Assembly (NCBI GenBank): GCA_002633005.1
Contig: NMRA01000486.1
Location: 245,251 to 309,250 of the forward strand
Direction of reading: 5' to 3'
DNA from: Phoronis australis
Taxonomy: Eukaryota; Animalia; Phoronida
DNA length: 64,000 nucleotides
This document shows, piece after piece, positions 13,445 to 25,500 of the stretch (its first letter is position 1; every line of letters starts with the position of its first letter). The position numbers and the translations under genes were made by a program. A model generated the notes under the pieces. That model worked only from the letters and a program-made list of their open reading frames with translations, searched no databases and had not been told where the DNA came from.

Positions 13445-14098
13445 TAGTTACGAATAATCACTTCTTCCTATTGCTTTTTTGGTGTTGTGCACTTCGCCAT
13501 GCTAAGTGGGTGGTTCCTATCCTGTAAACTGGATCAGTCGTACAAACAAAACTTATGTGTGTAATTGTGTGATTGTAACATCACTGTGCGAGTGTTTTAT
13601 GCCATTTTGGAGCACAATGTTGAGTATTATCGCAGTGTTATCGTCGGCGATGTGTCCTTGGTTTCATTGGCGGTTCCGTTTCTCCTTGGTATATGTTCAG
13701 TGTCGGCTTGTCTCTACATGTTGTCTAACTATTCCAAACGCCACGACTCGGAAGCTTCAGTTTTCTGTGGATTTATTTTTTTCTCGTTTCTGGTGAGTTG
13801 TAAACTTTTCTTAGCATGCACTGTAAACAACCTGCATGCATGCTCTCCACTGCTCAGCATGCTTTTGTGACGTTATAGTTATGAAGCAAACCTTTCTGTC
13901 TACAGATTTGTACAAACAGAATGGAGATTACACATGAGCTCTCGCTTGCCAGTTCTTCCAATTCTCTTTCTAGCCTTTCCTTTTGCGTTCTCCGCAATGT
14001 CTTGAGTAATAACATTCGTGCATGACGGAACTTTGCTGAAAGTATGGTAATAATGCAAGTCTTGTTCTAACAAAGTGACTTCCATGCTGATATGTTAG

Positions 14099-14415
14099 CA
14101 GGGCCCTCAATCTCTTGATTTCGGGGCTAAGCATCGGCCCCATTCCCCTCTGAAAAAATATTGAAAAATACGAAATTCCCTTCATGGGGCCCAAAAATTC
14201 CTCTCGAGGTTCAAATCACTTGTAACTCACACAGGTTACAAATTGAATGAGCACAGAAAGTTAACTTTAGCTACTTGAGGCAGAGCCTATGAGGGCTTGC
14301 AACAGGGGTAGTGGGGGTGCTATTGATGGTGATTGGGGGTGTATAGTTTTCCCGTCGCCCCAAAAAAATTCTCTTCTCAGAAGGCACCTTTCCCCTCGAG
14401 TGATCGTGGGCCCTG
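14099..14415. mobile_element. MITE with CAGGGCCC TIR and 5-bp TSD GTTAG
   Basis: cagggccctcaatc ... gatcgtgggccctg flanked by gttag/gttag; homologous to 16445-16783. Confidence 0.8.
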
Positions 14416-15325
14416 GTTAGTCTGGTCAGCATTTTATGTCTCACATGCTTGATCGTGACTGAGATTGACATATGCATATGCTTGATCTTGTCTGTAGATA
14501 GTTGGCTGCCCTCTGTGGGTCACAATGTAGCAACAAATGATCACCACTCAACATTACTAGACAGTGTCAATTATTCAATGGATTGGTTGCTGGTGCTGTT
14601 TGCCATGCACTTCAGTGCCTGAATGGAGTGTGCAGTAGTGGGAATGTTGATAGAATACAGCTGCTGTCTTACCGCCCTGTATAAAATGAGTTAAGAATAG
14701 TTTACTGCAGTACAGTTCCTGAAACGCATGCAAGCTAAACTCGCTTGTGCTTTAACTGCCTTTATGTTATTTATGCAGTCTGTTTTTGAGTGCTTGTATG
14801 TTGTTCGAGTTAGTCTTGTTACTCTGTCTTAACTTTTTATGTCCAAATAAGAGAATGTTGTGCATAATGAATTTCTGAACAAACAATGAGTTGCCTTTGT
14901 CGATGTTTCGGTTTGCGATTAGTATATTATTTACGGCCATGTTGAAGTTAATCGTTCCAAGGATATTGGTGGTATTTTGTAGTTTCTTTTATTATTTGTA
15001 AATGTATTCACTTGTTGCCACTTGTCAACCACATCCATAAGGTGACCAGGCAAATCTTGGTTACTTCAGTTACATGTAATCTTTAATGCCTTTCACGTTA
15101 TTGTTTAAGTTTGAGCATATTTAAGGGTCTTCACTGAATGTAGAGTGTTTGTCTGTGTGGCGATAGGTTAACTGCAGTGGCCAACTTGAGTTACCCATTC
15201 AAAATATGTCTTTCTTTCTAAAAATCCACATTTTAAAGAACTTTTGAATTGGTAACCCATAGTCTGCTTGCAAACAAAACATCACTTTTGATTGGCGGGT
15301 AACTCAAGTCGACACTTTATTGCAG

Positions 15326-15748
15326 GTTGAACTAGCATTATGGGATACGGCGGGGCAGGAAGACTACGACCGTCTGCGACCATTGTCCTATCCCGATACT
15401 GATGTCATTCTCATGTGCTTCTCCATCGATAGTCCTGACAGCTTGGAAAACATCCCCGAGAAGTGGACGCCAGAGGTGAAACACTTCTGTCCAAACGTAC
15501 CCATCATTCTAGTTGGTAACAAAAAAGATCTTCGCAACGATGAAAAAACGAGACGAGAGTTGAGCATGATGAAACAAGAACCTCTGAAATACGATGAAGG
15601 GCGGGCAATGAGCGAGAAGATAGGGGCCACCTACTACATGGAGTGTTCAGCCAGGACGAAGGAGGGGGTGCGAGAGGTGTTCGAAGCTGCGACACGGGCT
15701 GCCATGAACAAGAAGAGGAAGAGGAAGAAGATTTGTCGATTACTATAA
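15326..15748 (+). CDS. RHOA: RhoA alternative terminal exon A (aa 53-192, polybasic tail, CRLL)
   Basis: ttgcag|GTTGAA phase-0 acceptor; [23 protein letters not shown]...GNKKDL...[35 protein letters not shown]; intact 423 nt. Confidence 0.92.
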   Translation, partial: VELALWDTAGQEDYDRLRPLSYPDTDVILMCFSIDSPDSLENIPEKWTPEVKHFCPNVPIILVGNKKDLRNDEKTRRELSMMKQEPLKYDEGRAMSEKIGATYYMECSARTKEGVREVFEAATRAAMNKKRKRKKICRLL

Positions 15749-16444
15749 ACTGACGAGTCATGGTGTAGTACAGTGCGCCCTAGTGTTGGTTGTGTACAGA
15801 CAGATGTGAACAGACTGGCTGTGTTAGTTGTTCTTGTCTTGTTGTCAATGCTTCCATTGAGCCACTCATCACCAGGCAGGTAGTGACTCAGCCTGCTGCG
15901 TTGTCGAGTGCTCCTGTTTCTGCTTAGCAGTTCGGCTATGTCCAGTGATGGTCCAGATGAATCGGTCTTCAACTGGGACGCGTTTCAGTAGAAGTTCATG
16001 CTTTTCCATTCCCTGTACTTAGGAAAACTGGAGTGTAAAGCCACACACACACTCTCTCTTTCTCTCTCTTTTACCAGACATTTGTTGGCGTGATCGGCGT
16101 AGTGTCGACATCTTTCTGTTTTGCTTTTGTTTTGCGAAATTTAAGTCACAGTGTAGATATAAACTACAATGCTAAATATTGAAATTATGAATGCAACATT
16201 TTTTGTCTTGTTTTAGTTGTTTGTTGTAATTATGTGGTAGTTGTATAATGTACTGTATTGTAAAATATTACCTTATGATTGAAACGGGATACCTGGTTCT
16301 TCTTTGGTCACACAGAAAATACTAGTGCTAGTATTATGCTGCTTGAATTATTTGACACAAGTGAATAAGCATCATCCTTGATTTCATTGTAACTACAAGC
16401 TCACTGAATGAACCAAAAGTAAGGCTGTGACGTCTGTTGCATAT

Positions 16445-16783
16445 CAGAGCCCTCAATCCCTCAATTTTGGGGCTGAATATTGGACCTTATTCTCCTATGA
16501 AACATTGAAAAATCACTCTAAATTCCCCTCACGATGCCCAAACTTCCCCTAAGTGATTGAAAAATTCCCCTCGAGGTTCATATCACTTGTAACTCACACA
16601 GGTGACAATTTGTAAGAGCACAAAATGTTATTTTTTGCTTCTTCAGGCAGAGCCTGTGAGGGCTTCCAACAGGGGTGCTGGGTGCTTTTGATGGTGATCG
16701 AGAAGTAGAATTTTCGCCTCGCCCCCAAAAAATCCCTCTCAGAAGGCACAGTCGCCTTCAATCTTGGACGAATGAGGACCCTG
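16445..16783. mobile_element. MITE of the same family as 14099-14415, independent insertion
   Basis: cagagccctcaatc ... atgaggaccctg; flanks catat/caaat differ from the first copy's TSD. Confidence 0.75.
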
Positions 16784-17829
16784 CAAATATACGTTCTACT
16801 CGTCAACGGTTCAGTTTTAGTCTTTATCTTAACATTTCATTGGTGATGTGTGAGTGATTAGGACTGCAAAATGCAATTTTTTTCTGAAATTATTATTTGC
16901 AGACCTGTAGTCTACGTATATGCATGTGTTTAGGTGCATGTATCTGCGTGGGAAGCCGTGTTCATATCCAGAACCTAGCTTATGCATCAGTGTATAGAAC
17001 CTTTCGAGTAGAACTAAGGAATAGTTTTTTTAAATTAGCGAAAGAAACTTCACGTACGTTACAAAATGGTGGACGTCTGTGTATTCAATTGAAACTATTA
17101 AATGACAAGTACACAGAATGTACAAAGCTGATGTTAAAGATGTGCATGTAAATATCTGCACGAAGCTGAGGTACTTGTGCGGATGTGCGAGACCAGCGAA
17201 AAAATTATTTGAGCAGCGCATTGTGCAGTAGTCTAAATACATGCAGACATGCCGCTATGGTTGGATTAACTACAGCAAATACTGGAACCTAACGTATTGG
17301 ATGGGCAAAGCTGTTTCCACATGGTTGATGATAACCGACTTGTTTTTGTGTAATATTTTACTGTGTCTTTAGTCTTGTTGAACACTACATTTTTGGTTTC
17401 TTAGGTGCATGTTTCATTAAATACATAGGTTTATGGGTTTCTGACAGCTTGGGTGGGCATCATGGCTTTCAAAACACTTTAAACAATCTATTGCTTAGGA
17501 ACTTGCGACTTAAAGAGGCTTTCATAAAAATCAACTGTAGATGGTCTACATTCTTTAATCGTGCATGTAATGTATGGCATGAAAGGTTGGATAAATCTAC
17601 AAATGTGGTTTGTTGGTTTGCAGCTGTTGCCTTTAGCTGCATTTCACAACCGTGTAATAAGGTTTTCTTACTTGACATTTGTGCTCCAAATGGTAAAATA
17701 CAAAAATGAATCCCTGCACTCGAAAGTTGAATGTGTTGGTTTTTAGTCCAACAAAGCATCTTTCAGACACTCGTTCTGCCATCATATCAAAAATAGTCCC
17801 GTTTTTGAATGAAGTTGGTTCCATTGCAG

Positions 17830-18252
17830 GTTGAACTAGCATTATGGGATACGGCGGGGCAGGAAGACTACGACCGTCTGCGACCATTGTCCTATCCCGA
17901 TACTGATGTCATTCTCATGTGCTTCTCCATCGATAGTCCTGACAGCTTGGAAAACATCCCCGAGAAGTGGACGCCAGAGGTGAAACACTTCTGTCCAAAC
18001 GTACCCATCATTCTAGTTGGTAACAAAAAAGATCTTCGTAACGATGAAGCCACGAAGCGCGAGTTGATGAAAATGAAGCAGGAGCCTGTCAGACCGGAAG
18101 AAGGGCGTGCCATGGCCGAGAAGATCAACGCGTATGCATATTTGGAGTGCTCGGCCAAAACAAAAGAGTGCGTTAGGGAAGTGTTTGAGACGGCCACCAG
18201 GGCTGCACTGCAGGTGAAAAAGAAGAAGGGAAAGGGCTGTTGCCTTCTGTAA
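17830..18252 (+). CDS. RHOA: RhoA alternative terminal exon B (aa 53-192, canonical RhoA-like, CCLL)
   Basis: ttgcag|GTTGAA phase-0 acceptor; ...[58 protein letters not shown]; intact 423 nt. No separate exon for aa 1-52 was seen between A and B. Confidence 0.94.
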   Translation, partial: VELALWDTAGQEDYDRLRPLSYPDTDVILMCFSIDSPDSLENIPEKWTPEVKHFCPNVPIILVGNKKDLRNDEATKRELMKMKQEPVRPEEGRAMAEKINAYAYLECSAKTKECVREVFETATRAALQVKKKKGKGCCLL

Positions 18253-19512
18253 TGGGTGTGAAGGTGGTGTGAACTTAATGGCTGAGAGTGGAGCCTGATT
18301 ACTGTACATGTGACAGACATGCAGCCAAATTGTAGTGCAGGGGTCAGCTCACTCTTGATGTTGTTAACTGTCAATCGTGCACTCTACAAGCATAGTATGC
18401 CAAAGGCTCTCTCCTCTCCGATATTTTATGGACTAAATAGACTTTGCTTTCTTGAATACACACATTGTTTATATATTGTTAATCTGAAGATCTGTCTAAT
18501 TCCTGTTGAATGAATATAACCAGTCTTAACTTCTCTTGCCTGGTCAGAAATCTAGTCCGATGGGAGGTCCTTGTTTGTAGTTACTGTGGCAACTAGCCCC
18601 TGGTTGACACTGCACAAGCATGCCAGGATTTGTGGTATTGCTTGGACAAAAACCACTGAATCCAGTGCTGCGCACAATTGTCTCAAGTTTCACACGTTCT
18701 TCCAGTTAAATCATTGTGGTTGATGTTCATTTAACATGTCGTCTTGATGGAGATGATTATTCTAAACCAAGAAAACGTGGGTTTACCATTGTTAATCTTT
18801 TTGTACATTCATGTCCAAAATAACAAACATCTATCTATATGGAATTATTTTGATTTTATATGTATTGTGAGAGAGGATTCAATCAGTGTAGTCTAGTAGT
18901 CTTTTTATTCCTAATTTAACCAATGTTTTGCATCTGGTGTAAGTTAACTAAATATATAGATGGTAAAATACTTTGTCATATTTCTCTTGTCCTCCAATGC
19001 TGGTGGCCCGTTTTCTTGTGCACCCAAAACACATGTGGGTTGGGTGCATGTTATTGCCTTGTCTCTGTCAGCCTTGTCTGGCCACCCAACGCCCTCCTCT
19101 CCTAACGGCTTAGATCTCTGTAAATTTGTTGCAGCTTTCATTGGGGGAAGCCGAAGCTGTTGACATGGGTTTTCGTTTTATGTTTAGATATATGCTTTCA
19201 GTGTGGACGCATCTCTGTGCACCAGGAATAACTCTGGAAGCCCCGCGTCACTGCCGCAAAAATAATTTAATTGGCGCATCGCGATTGCTTAATTCTAGCC
19301 CGTGGGGCTGGTTAAAATTCAAAGCAAACTGGGAACAATATGCTAACATGGCCGATGGGTCCTCCAAATTGAGCCATAGACTTGTGGGTCAAGGCGCCCA
19401 TGCCCACTTTCTGAAATGACCCCTGGTGTACATGGCGAGATTCAACGAACACATTTCAGACGTTAAGGTTATTTAATCCATGGTTCTGCTTGGTGTAGAA
19501 TATAATTTGTTC

Positions 19513-22500
19513 TTATGGCGGGCAAGCACATCCCACTGTATTGAAAGCTGATTTAACGTCGGGGACGTCATAATCTAACATCTCGGCTGCCGCTTCCATT
19601 TCGCACACACCTTGGTTAAAATCCATCCATTCGTACCAGAATAACTTGTTAGCGATACCAAATAACTTGAATGCCTTTATAACTCCCCATCCATCGGTTT
19701 TAGCAAGGATGCAGAATGCCTTCGAATAAATCCCGCTGCTCACGTGACCATTCATACCAGCCACGTATTGGTCGTAATGGTATATCATGGCCTGTGGAGT
19801 GTTAGCGGTGTAGTTACACATGCTTCTTACCAGATGACCGTGCGTCCATCTGTAACTGTCGTAACCTATAGTGAAGGTCACCGGGTCCAGTTGTTGATTG
19901 TTGGTGAAAAACTCCACTGCTAACGCACTGATGTCTGAAAAAGCTTCGTGAATTCCCCAGCCTTCGTTATGTGTCTCCAAGGAACAGCTCATGTCCGTGT
20001 AACCATGAGCAAGCTCGTGCGCTACGATATGCAGCGTTGTTAGCGGATAACAGCACCCTGTCGCGTTGCCATCCCCCAAGAATACTGCTTGGCCATTCCA
20101 AAATGCGTTTTCATAATTTTTGCGATAGTGAACATAGACGTCAAAAGGCGTTGGGAGAACTTCCTCGTCCAAGTATTGCAAGTATGCCAGTCGTGTCTGA
20201 TGAGCGAAGTGATGTGCGTCACTAAGCGGGGAATAACCGTCGTTCACAGAGTCGACAATGCCAGAGGAACATTTGAACGTGTATGGAGCTGTAGGCTTGT
20301 CTTCCGATCGGTATTTATTATTATAATGAAAAGTCTTCACGTAAGCTGTCTCAAGACTGCAGTAGGAACCGTTAGTCAACACGTCCAGTTGAAGGTACCT
20401 GCCATAGTTCTTTGAATAGGAATACTGCCCTGTCTGTAAAAGAATTATTTGAATCACTCGTAGTCGGGTAACACGAAGGTGGCGTGACAAAAGAAATGCG
20501 CGTAATTTTCTAACATATGAGGCGATAGAAAATGTTGACGAAGGCCCTAACAACGCAATGATAACGTTTGAGGGGGGGTCAAGCCTCCCGAAATACGCAT
20601 GGTGTTCAAGTGGCATGGGACTTACAATTGACAAGCCAAATGAAAGTCACTTTGGACGAGCATTTACTCATGACTCAATGCTGAAATTTTCAGATAATTA
20701 AGCCACAAAGTAAGTCAATGTTTGGATTTTTTCGGCTCGGCGTGGTGTTCTCTTTAAGACATAAACACTTGACGTGCTTTACTTATCATGGAAATGCATT
20801 ACATAGAGTCAGTTTGGCATTGTATGCAAAATCAGACATCGCTTAAGGCCAGAATTCAGAGTGTTCCAAATAGACCGACTCGGTTTGATTGAGGCTCAAG
20901 GCTGATTAGAACCACGTTTTCATGAAAACAAAGGTGTCAAAACCACGCAACCCTCGATTTTTTAGCAAATATTAAATGCGTTTAGATAAAATGAAAAACT
21001 TCATAAGCTTTTCAAAAATATGTATACTTAATTTTCATTTTATTGCCTGAAGTTTTTTATGTAGTATGTAACGCCACGTTAAAGGCCGGGGTTATTGTAA
21101 TTGCATCTATCCTCGAAGCGAATTTTTTATTTAGGCCACGAAGCCTACATGTAGTTGATTCTCGTCTTTGCCTAGATTCATTTCGATCTGGGCTTACCGT
21201 CTAAAAACCGACAGACCCCCATCAATTTTAGTGGAAGTCTCGTTTTCTGTTTTTGTTTTTGTTTCATTGTTTTTTTTTTTGAAAAATCTGCTCAAAGGCA
21301 CTTTAGCAAGGTTAGTAAGGTCTGAAACAGCATCGTTTGCCGGCGATGAATAAAAAATAACAATTGCCGGTCATTTTTTCTCGTCTCTGTGGATTTTCGT
21401 TCTTGAAAAAGTAGGCGCCTAAAAATACCACACCACCTACCGGATTTTCGAAGAAAACCACAGACCAAACGGCTTTTTGCCTTACCGCTCTAATATTGAT
21501 CTCAACTTATTCCACTGTACTCAGACGAGAAGTGATTTCTAGGTTTGCAAAGAACAAGCCTCTTATAGGGCCTGGTCGCAAGAAATAACGAATTATCTGT
21601 TCTTTCGAACCTTGAAATCATCTCCACTTTTACCACCGTATTGCCGCGCCATTAGGCCAATGGGCGTCTGTGTACATCGAACTGCGCATGCATGTGAGAC
21701 AGGTGCATGCGCCAATTATGCGTACCACTTGTGTAAAAAAGGCCGCGAAAAAAGACATAATTTCGGATATAGGCCCATGGGCCAAAAGGCGAGGCAATAC
21801 GGTAATACAAAACTACCAATTGTCTTGAAAATACACCTAGAAACAAGATACAGAGGCAAAGGTAAAAAAATGCCATAAGGAAGCCCAACGGTAGTCAAAA
21901 CGGGTGCGCCTATATTCGAATTAATGTGTGGGCTTATGTAGGGGACATTGCCTAGGCTTATATGCAAAACTTAGGCGCATGCGCCAATATGAGAACCAAT
22001 TATGTAAAAACAGGCCACTAAAAAGGTGTTATTTCGGATATATGCCCATGGGCCTAAAGGCCCGGCAATAAGGTAAAATAATAAATTGAGGCCAATTTCG
22101 TACTGTAAATGGTCTGAATCAAGTTATTTGTGATGGCAAGTGGGTTTATTGCCGCCTTAATATTTTGAATTATGAGTCACACCCATACATTCTTTCAATG
22201 TACTGCCTTTTCATACATCCAACAAACAACACCACAACTTTTTTTACAAAGCCCTGGAGATGTTTGATTCGCTTCAGTTTATTACTGGTACCATTCTCTC
22301 GTTTTACACACTTTTTAGAGGTTGAATTTGCAAAGTGCATAACTTAAGGAAATTAACCGTGAACTGTTTTCTTGAGACGGCAAACAGAGATGGACACCGT
22401 CTTTTGCAAAGTTGCTGGACCTTTTTGAGGCATAGTAATTAATGCCGCCGGCAGGTGCGCTACATTCGAGGAGCGAGATGAAAAATTTTCCGTGCGATAA

Positions 22501-25500
22501 TGAATCTCATCGTTGGTAGTGTAATCACTTTTAACGAGTTCAATCATAGGCCAAAACAGCAAATACACTCTGATCAGCGCAGAGTTGGTAACAGCAATAG
22601 TGAGCTCAACATGTATGAACTATACGTCGTGCGTTTATGGCGAACTAGCAAAGCACATTTTAATTTCTGCAATATGATGAAACTGAACGGATGAAGGCTT
22701 ACTAATTCGATGTTAATATTTTTAGATATTAGGAGGGTTTTCCAACAAGTTATTGCAATAATTTACGGTTTACAACACCCGTAGCTCACACTTTGCGATT
22801 TTATAAATGAGCCCCGTCACACCAAACCGTCCAAGCTGGAATGGACACAACCGTGGCAACGTCAGCGGAACTAGCAATTTATAGAAGCGTAACACTTGAT
22901 TCGAATGCGACGCCGTCCACGGAGTTTTTTCTGCGATTGTATACGATGCTCGGTTGCTTGCCACTGGTTCGGTTTTCTCCCCTTTCCGACCGTCGGTACT
23001 GAATAATATGAACTGCCTCGGAGTGACAAGGCCAAAACCGACTAAAATGCCTGAGAACGAGGCACGCAGACGTGAATTTGCCTAATTGTACTTACGAAAA
23101 GATTGCCTCCGACACTGTCAATCTTTTTTGGGAGGTCTGGGCGCTTATTTAGCAAACCATCCCACGTTTCAATTACCCGCCCAGAGATGGCGTCCACCAC
23201 ACATACTGGACGAGACGCTCTTCGGGCGCCTCCGTAGAAGTATTTCACGACAAATATTAGTTGACTTTTTCCTCTCCGTCTTTTTCTTAATTCATGTCTG
23301 TCTTCGACGCCTGAAAATGCAGTATGCAGTGAAAAGCAACCTGAAGTAATTCATACGTTTGTTTTACGGAAAACAGATCCATTATTATGTGAAGGGTTTG
23401 GAATCCAAGAGATCTTTCAGTAGATTCAAGTACTTAAATAGCAAGGACAACACAAAGCGTTGAGATAGGCCCATGACTAAACCGCACACGCTAAGGTTGC
23501 ATGCGAGCATCCAGACGGGGGGGGGGTCTCGGGGCTCGAACGTATACCCCATTTGGCGAAGTCGGCAAAAAGGTCCGCCTCGGAGAAAAAAAATTCAAAA
23601 AAGTAGAAAACGAGAGACAAAAGTACACTAAAAAGGCAGAAACTACCAAAATTCGGAGAATGCCCAATTCATAGCTCTGAACGTACCCCATGAACCTTCA
23701 AAATAAAAGGTCCACATTCTCAAAAAATTCGAGCCCCCCATTTTTGGCTGGTTGTTCGCACAACTGTGGTGTAGACGGAATACGTCGAATCCGTCCGAAA
23801 ATCATGATGTGAAGGCATCGTCCTATTCTTATCAGAAACCTATTTGCTTGAATTCATGAAAACTCGTCACAAATAATGAGACAAAAGTAAAAAAAATAGA
23901 TTGCCACTGAGAGGCACAGAGGTAAATTGAATACTCCCAAAAAGCCACCTGTTGACGGCCCATGTACATAGAACTAAACTTCACAAAGTACAGAAATATC
24001 CTGCAAAATGTAAAAGATGGCCGCCTGGGGTTAATGCAAAACCCCACAAAATTGCCACTAGGGAGCGCTACAGCAGTTGGACCCGTTTGTAAGTCAACTA
24101 TGTGACCTCAGCAGACCTGGAACACACGTGTAACTCGAACAGTTCGTCACATAGGTGGCACAGAATATGTCGAATCTGTCCAAAGATGGAAATGAAGGCA
24201 AAGTCGTCACCTCAATAGAAACCTTTTTGCCAAATTTGATGGAGAACCATCAAGCAACTTCGAAGATATACAGGCTAACGTAAAAATAAAATTGCCACGA
24301 GTGGGCACAACTCAGTGGCGGATTTGGGGGGGGGGGGCAAAGGGGCCATGGCCCCCCTAAAACTCTACCAGATACCATTTGGGAGTTTGCTTGTGAACTG
24401 CTGACTAGCACATGCGCGCAACCAGGGGGTGCCGAATAAACGATGCATGGGCCCTGAAGAAACCCGTTCACCGTTCTGCCGAAATTCTGGTTATTCCTGT
24501 GCCCTGCCCCCCCAACTCAAAATCCTGGATCCGCCCCTGCAGCTGTTATCTGATCGACCCAAAACACGATTGCCGTTCGTCATCAGCTTTGTAGGAACAT
24601 ATTCGCCAAGTTTCACAAAAAGATCCAGAATTTCAAAGGGCTAAAGAGATGCAGCTGCGGGAGCAACTTAAAAACCAAAATCGCCCAAAAATCAACGTCT
24701 GTCGTGGTCTCATCAGGAACACCAATTGTCATAACGATAATCCATTAAAGTTGATCGGTTTGGTGGGTAGAGATACAGACGCCAAAAACGGACCCGAAAA
24801 TAAGAAAATAGCCATTGGGGGAGCAAATTCCGTCGAATACGTTCGAAATGGGGAAGTTGTCGTCATCTCAATAGAAATATGAATCTGCCAAATTTCGTGA
24901 AAGTCGGTCAAGGAACTGTGCCGGCAAACGTAGAATAAGTTAAAATTGCCAATTGGGGGTACACCAGCACTCGGATTTGTTAGAAATTTGCCATCATCTG
25001 TCGCCAACTATAGGAACACGCCTGCAAAATTTCATGAAGATCCTGCAAGTCGGATTAGTAGACACATCAGTGCACGGACGCAAGATGGCAAAACGCCGGA
25101 TCAGAACAGATACTCTCTGGCAAAAAAGACAAAATTCACCATTGCTTAATTACTTGTGTGTTGACGCTGGAATTGTCGAAACTGGATAGTTAACGCCACG
25201 ACCGAGTTTTCCACGCGTTTCAACATGACGTGACCGTTAGACTTCTTGCACTGGCGCAATGCCCATCGGCGCGTAATTCGTGGCCTTTCCCCTCCTGTAA
25301 AGAAGGAGCACAACTTAATTGCACGCCCTTACAGGGAATGATTAAAAAAGCCTCATTGCTACCTAAAACGCAATGTAAAAACCAAATCTCTTAACACCCG
25401 TATATGCCCCGAGTAATGCTGGTAACAATTTTTAACACCAAACGCAGGAATTCTGGACATTGACATTTAAAGTGGCTATCAAACAGGTTATTAACGTCAG

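Noticed and set aside
14099-16783. Idea that the paired MITEs are relics or the cause of the Rho exon duplication
   Set aside because: Each copy has its own matching TSD (GTTAG vs CA(T/A)AT), indicating independent insertions rather than a recombinant or co-duplicated copy.
15326-18252. Rho exons as uncollapsed alleles or two separate genes
   Set aside because: The 3' halves, UTRs and introns are far too divergent for alleles, there is no N between them, and no second exon for aa 1-52 was found.
19513-20433. Bacterial contamination as the source of the M4 gene
   Set aside because: The gene has spliceosomal introns containing host repeats and is contiguous with RhoA and PQBP1.
20434-20634. 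N-terminal extension of the 373-aa M4 ORF
   Set aside because: It is intronic read-through; a ttttacag acceptor at 20434 joins GGNLF to TGQYSY and restores the family motif.
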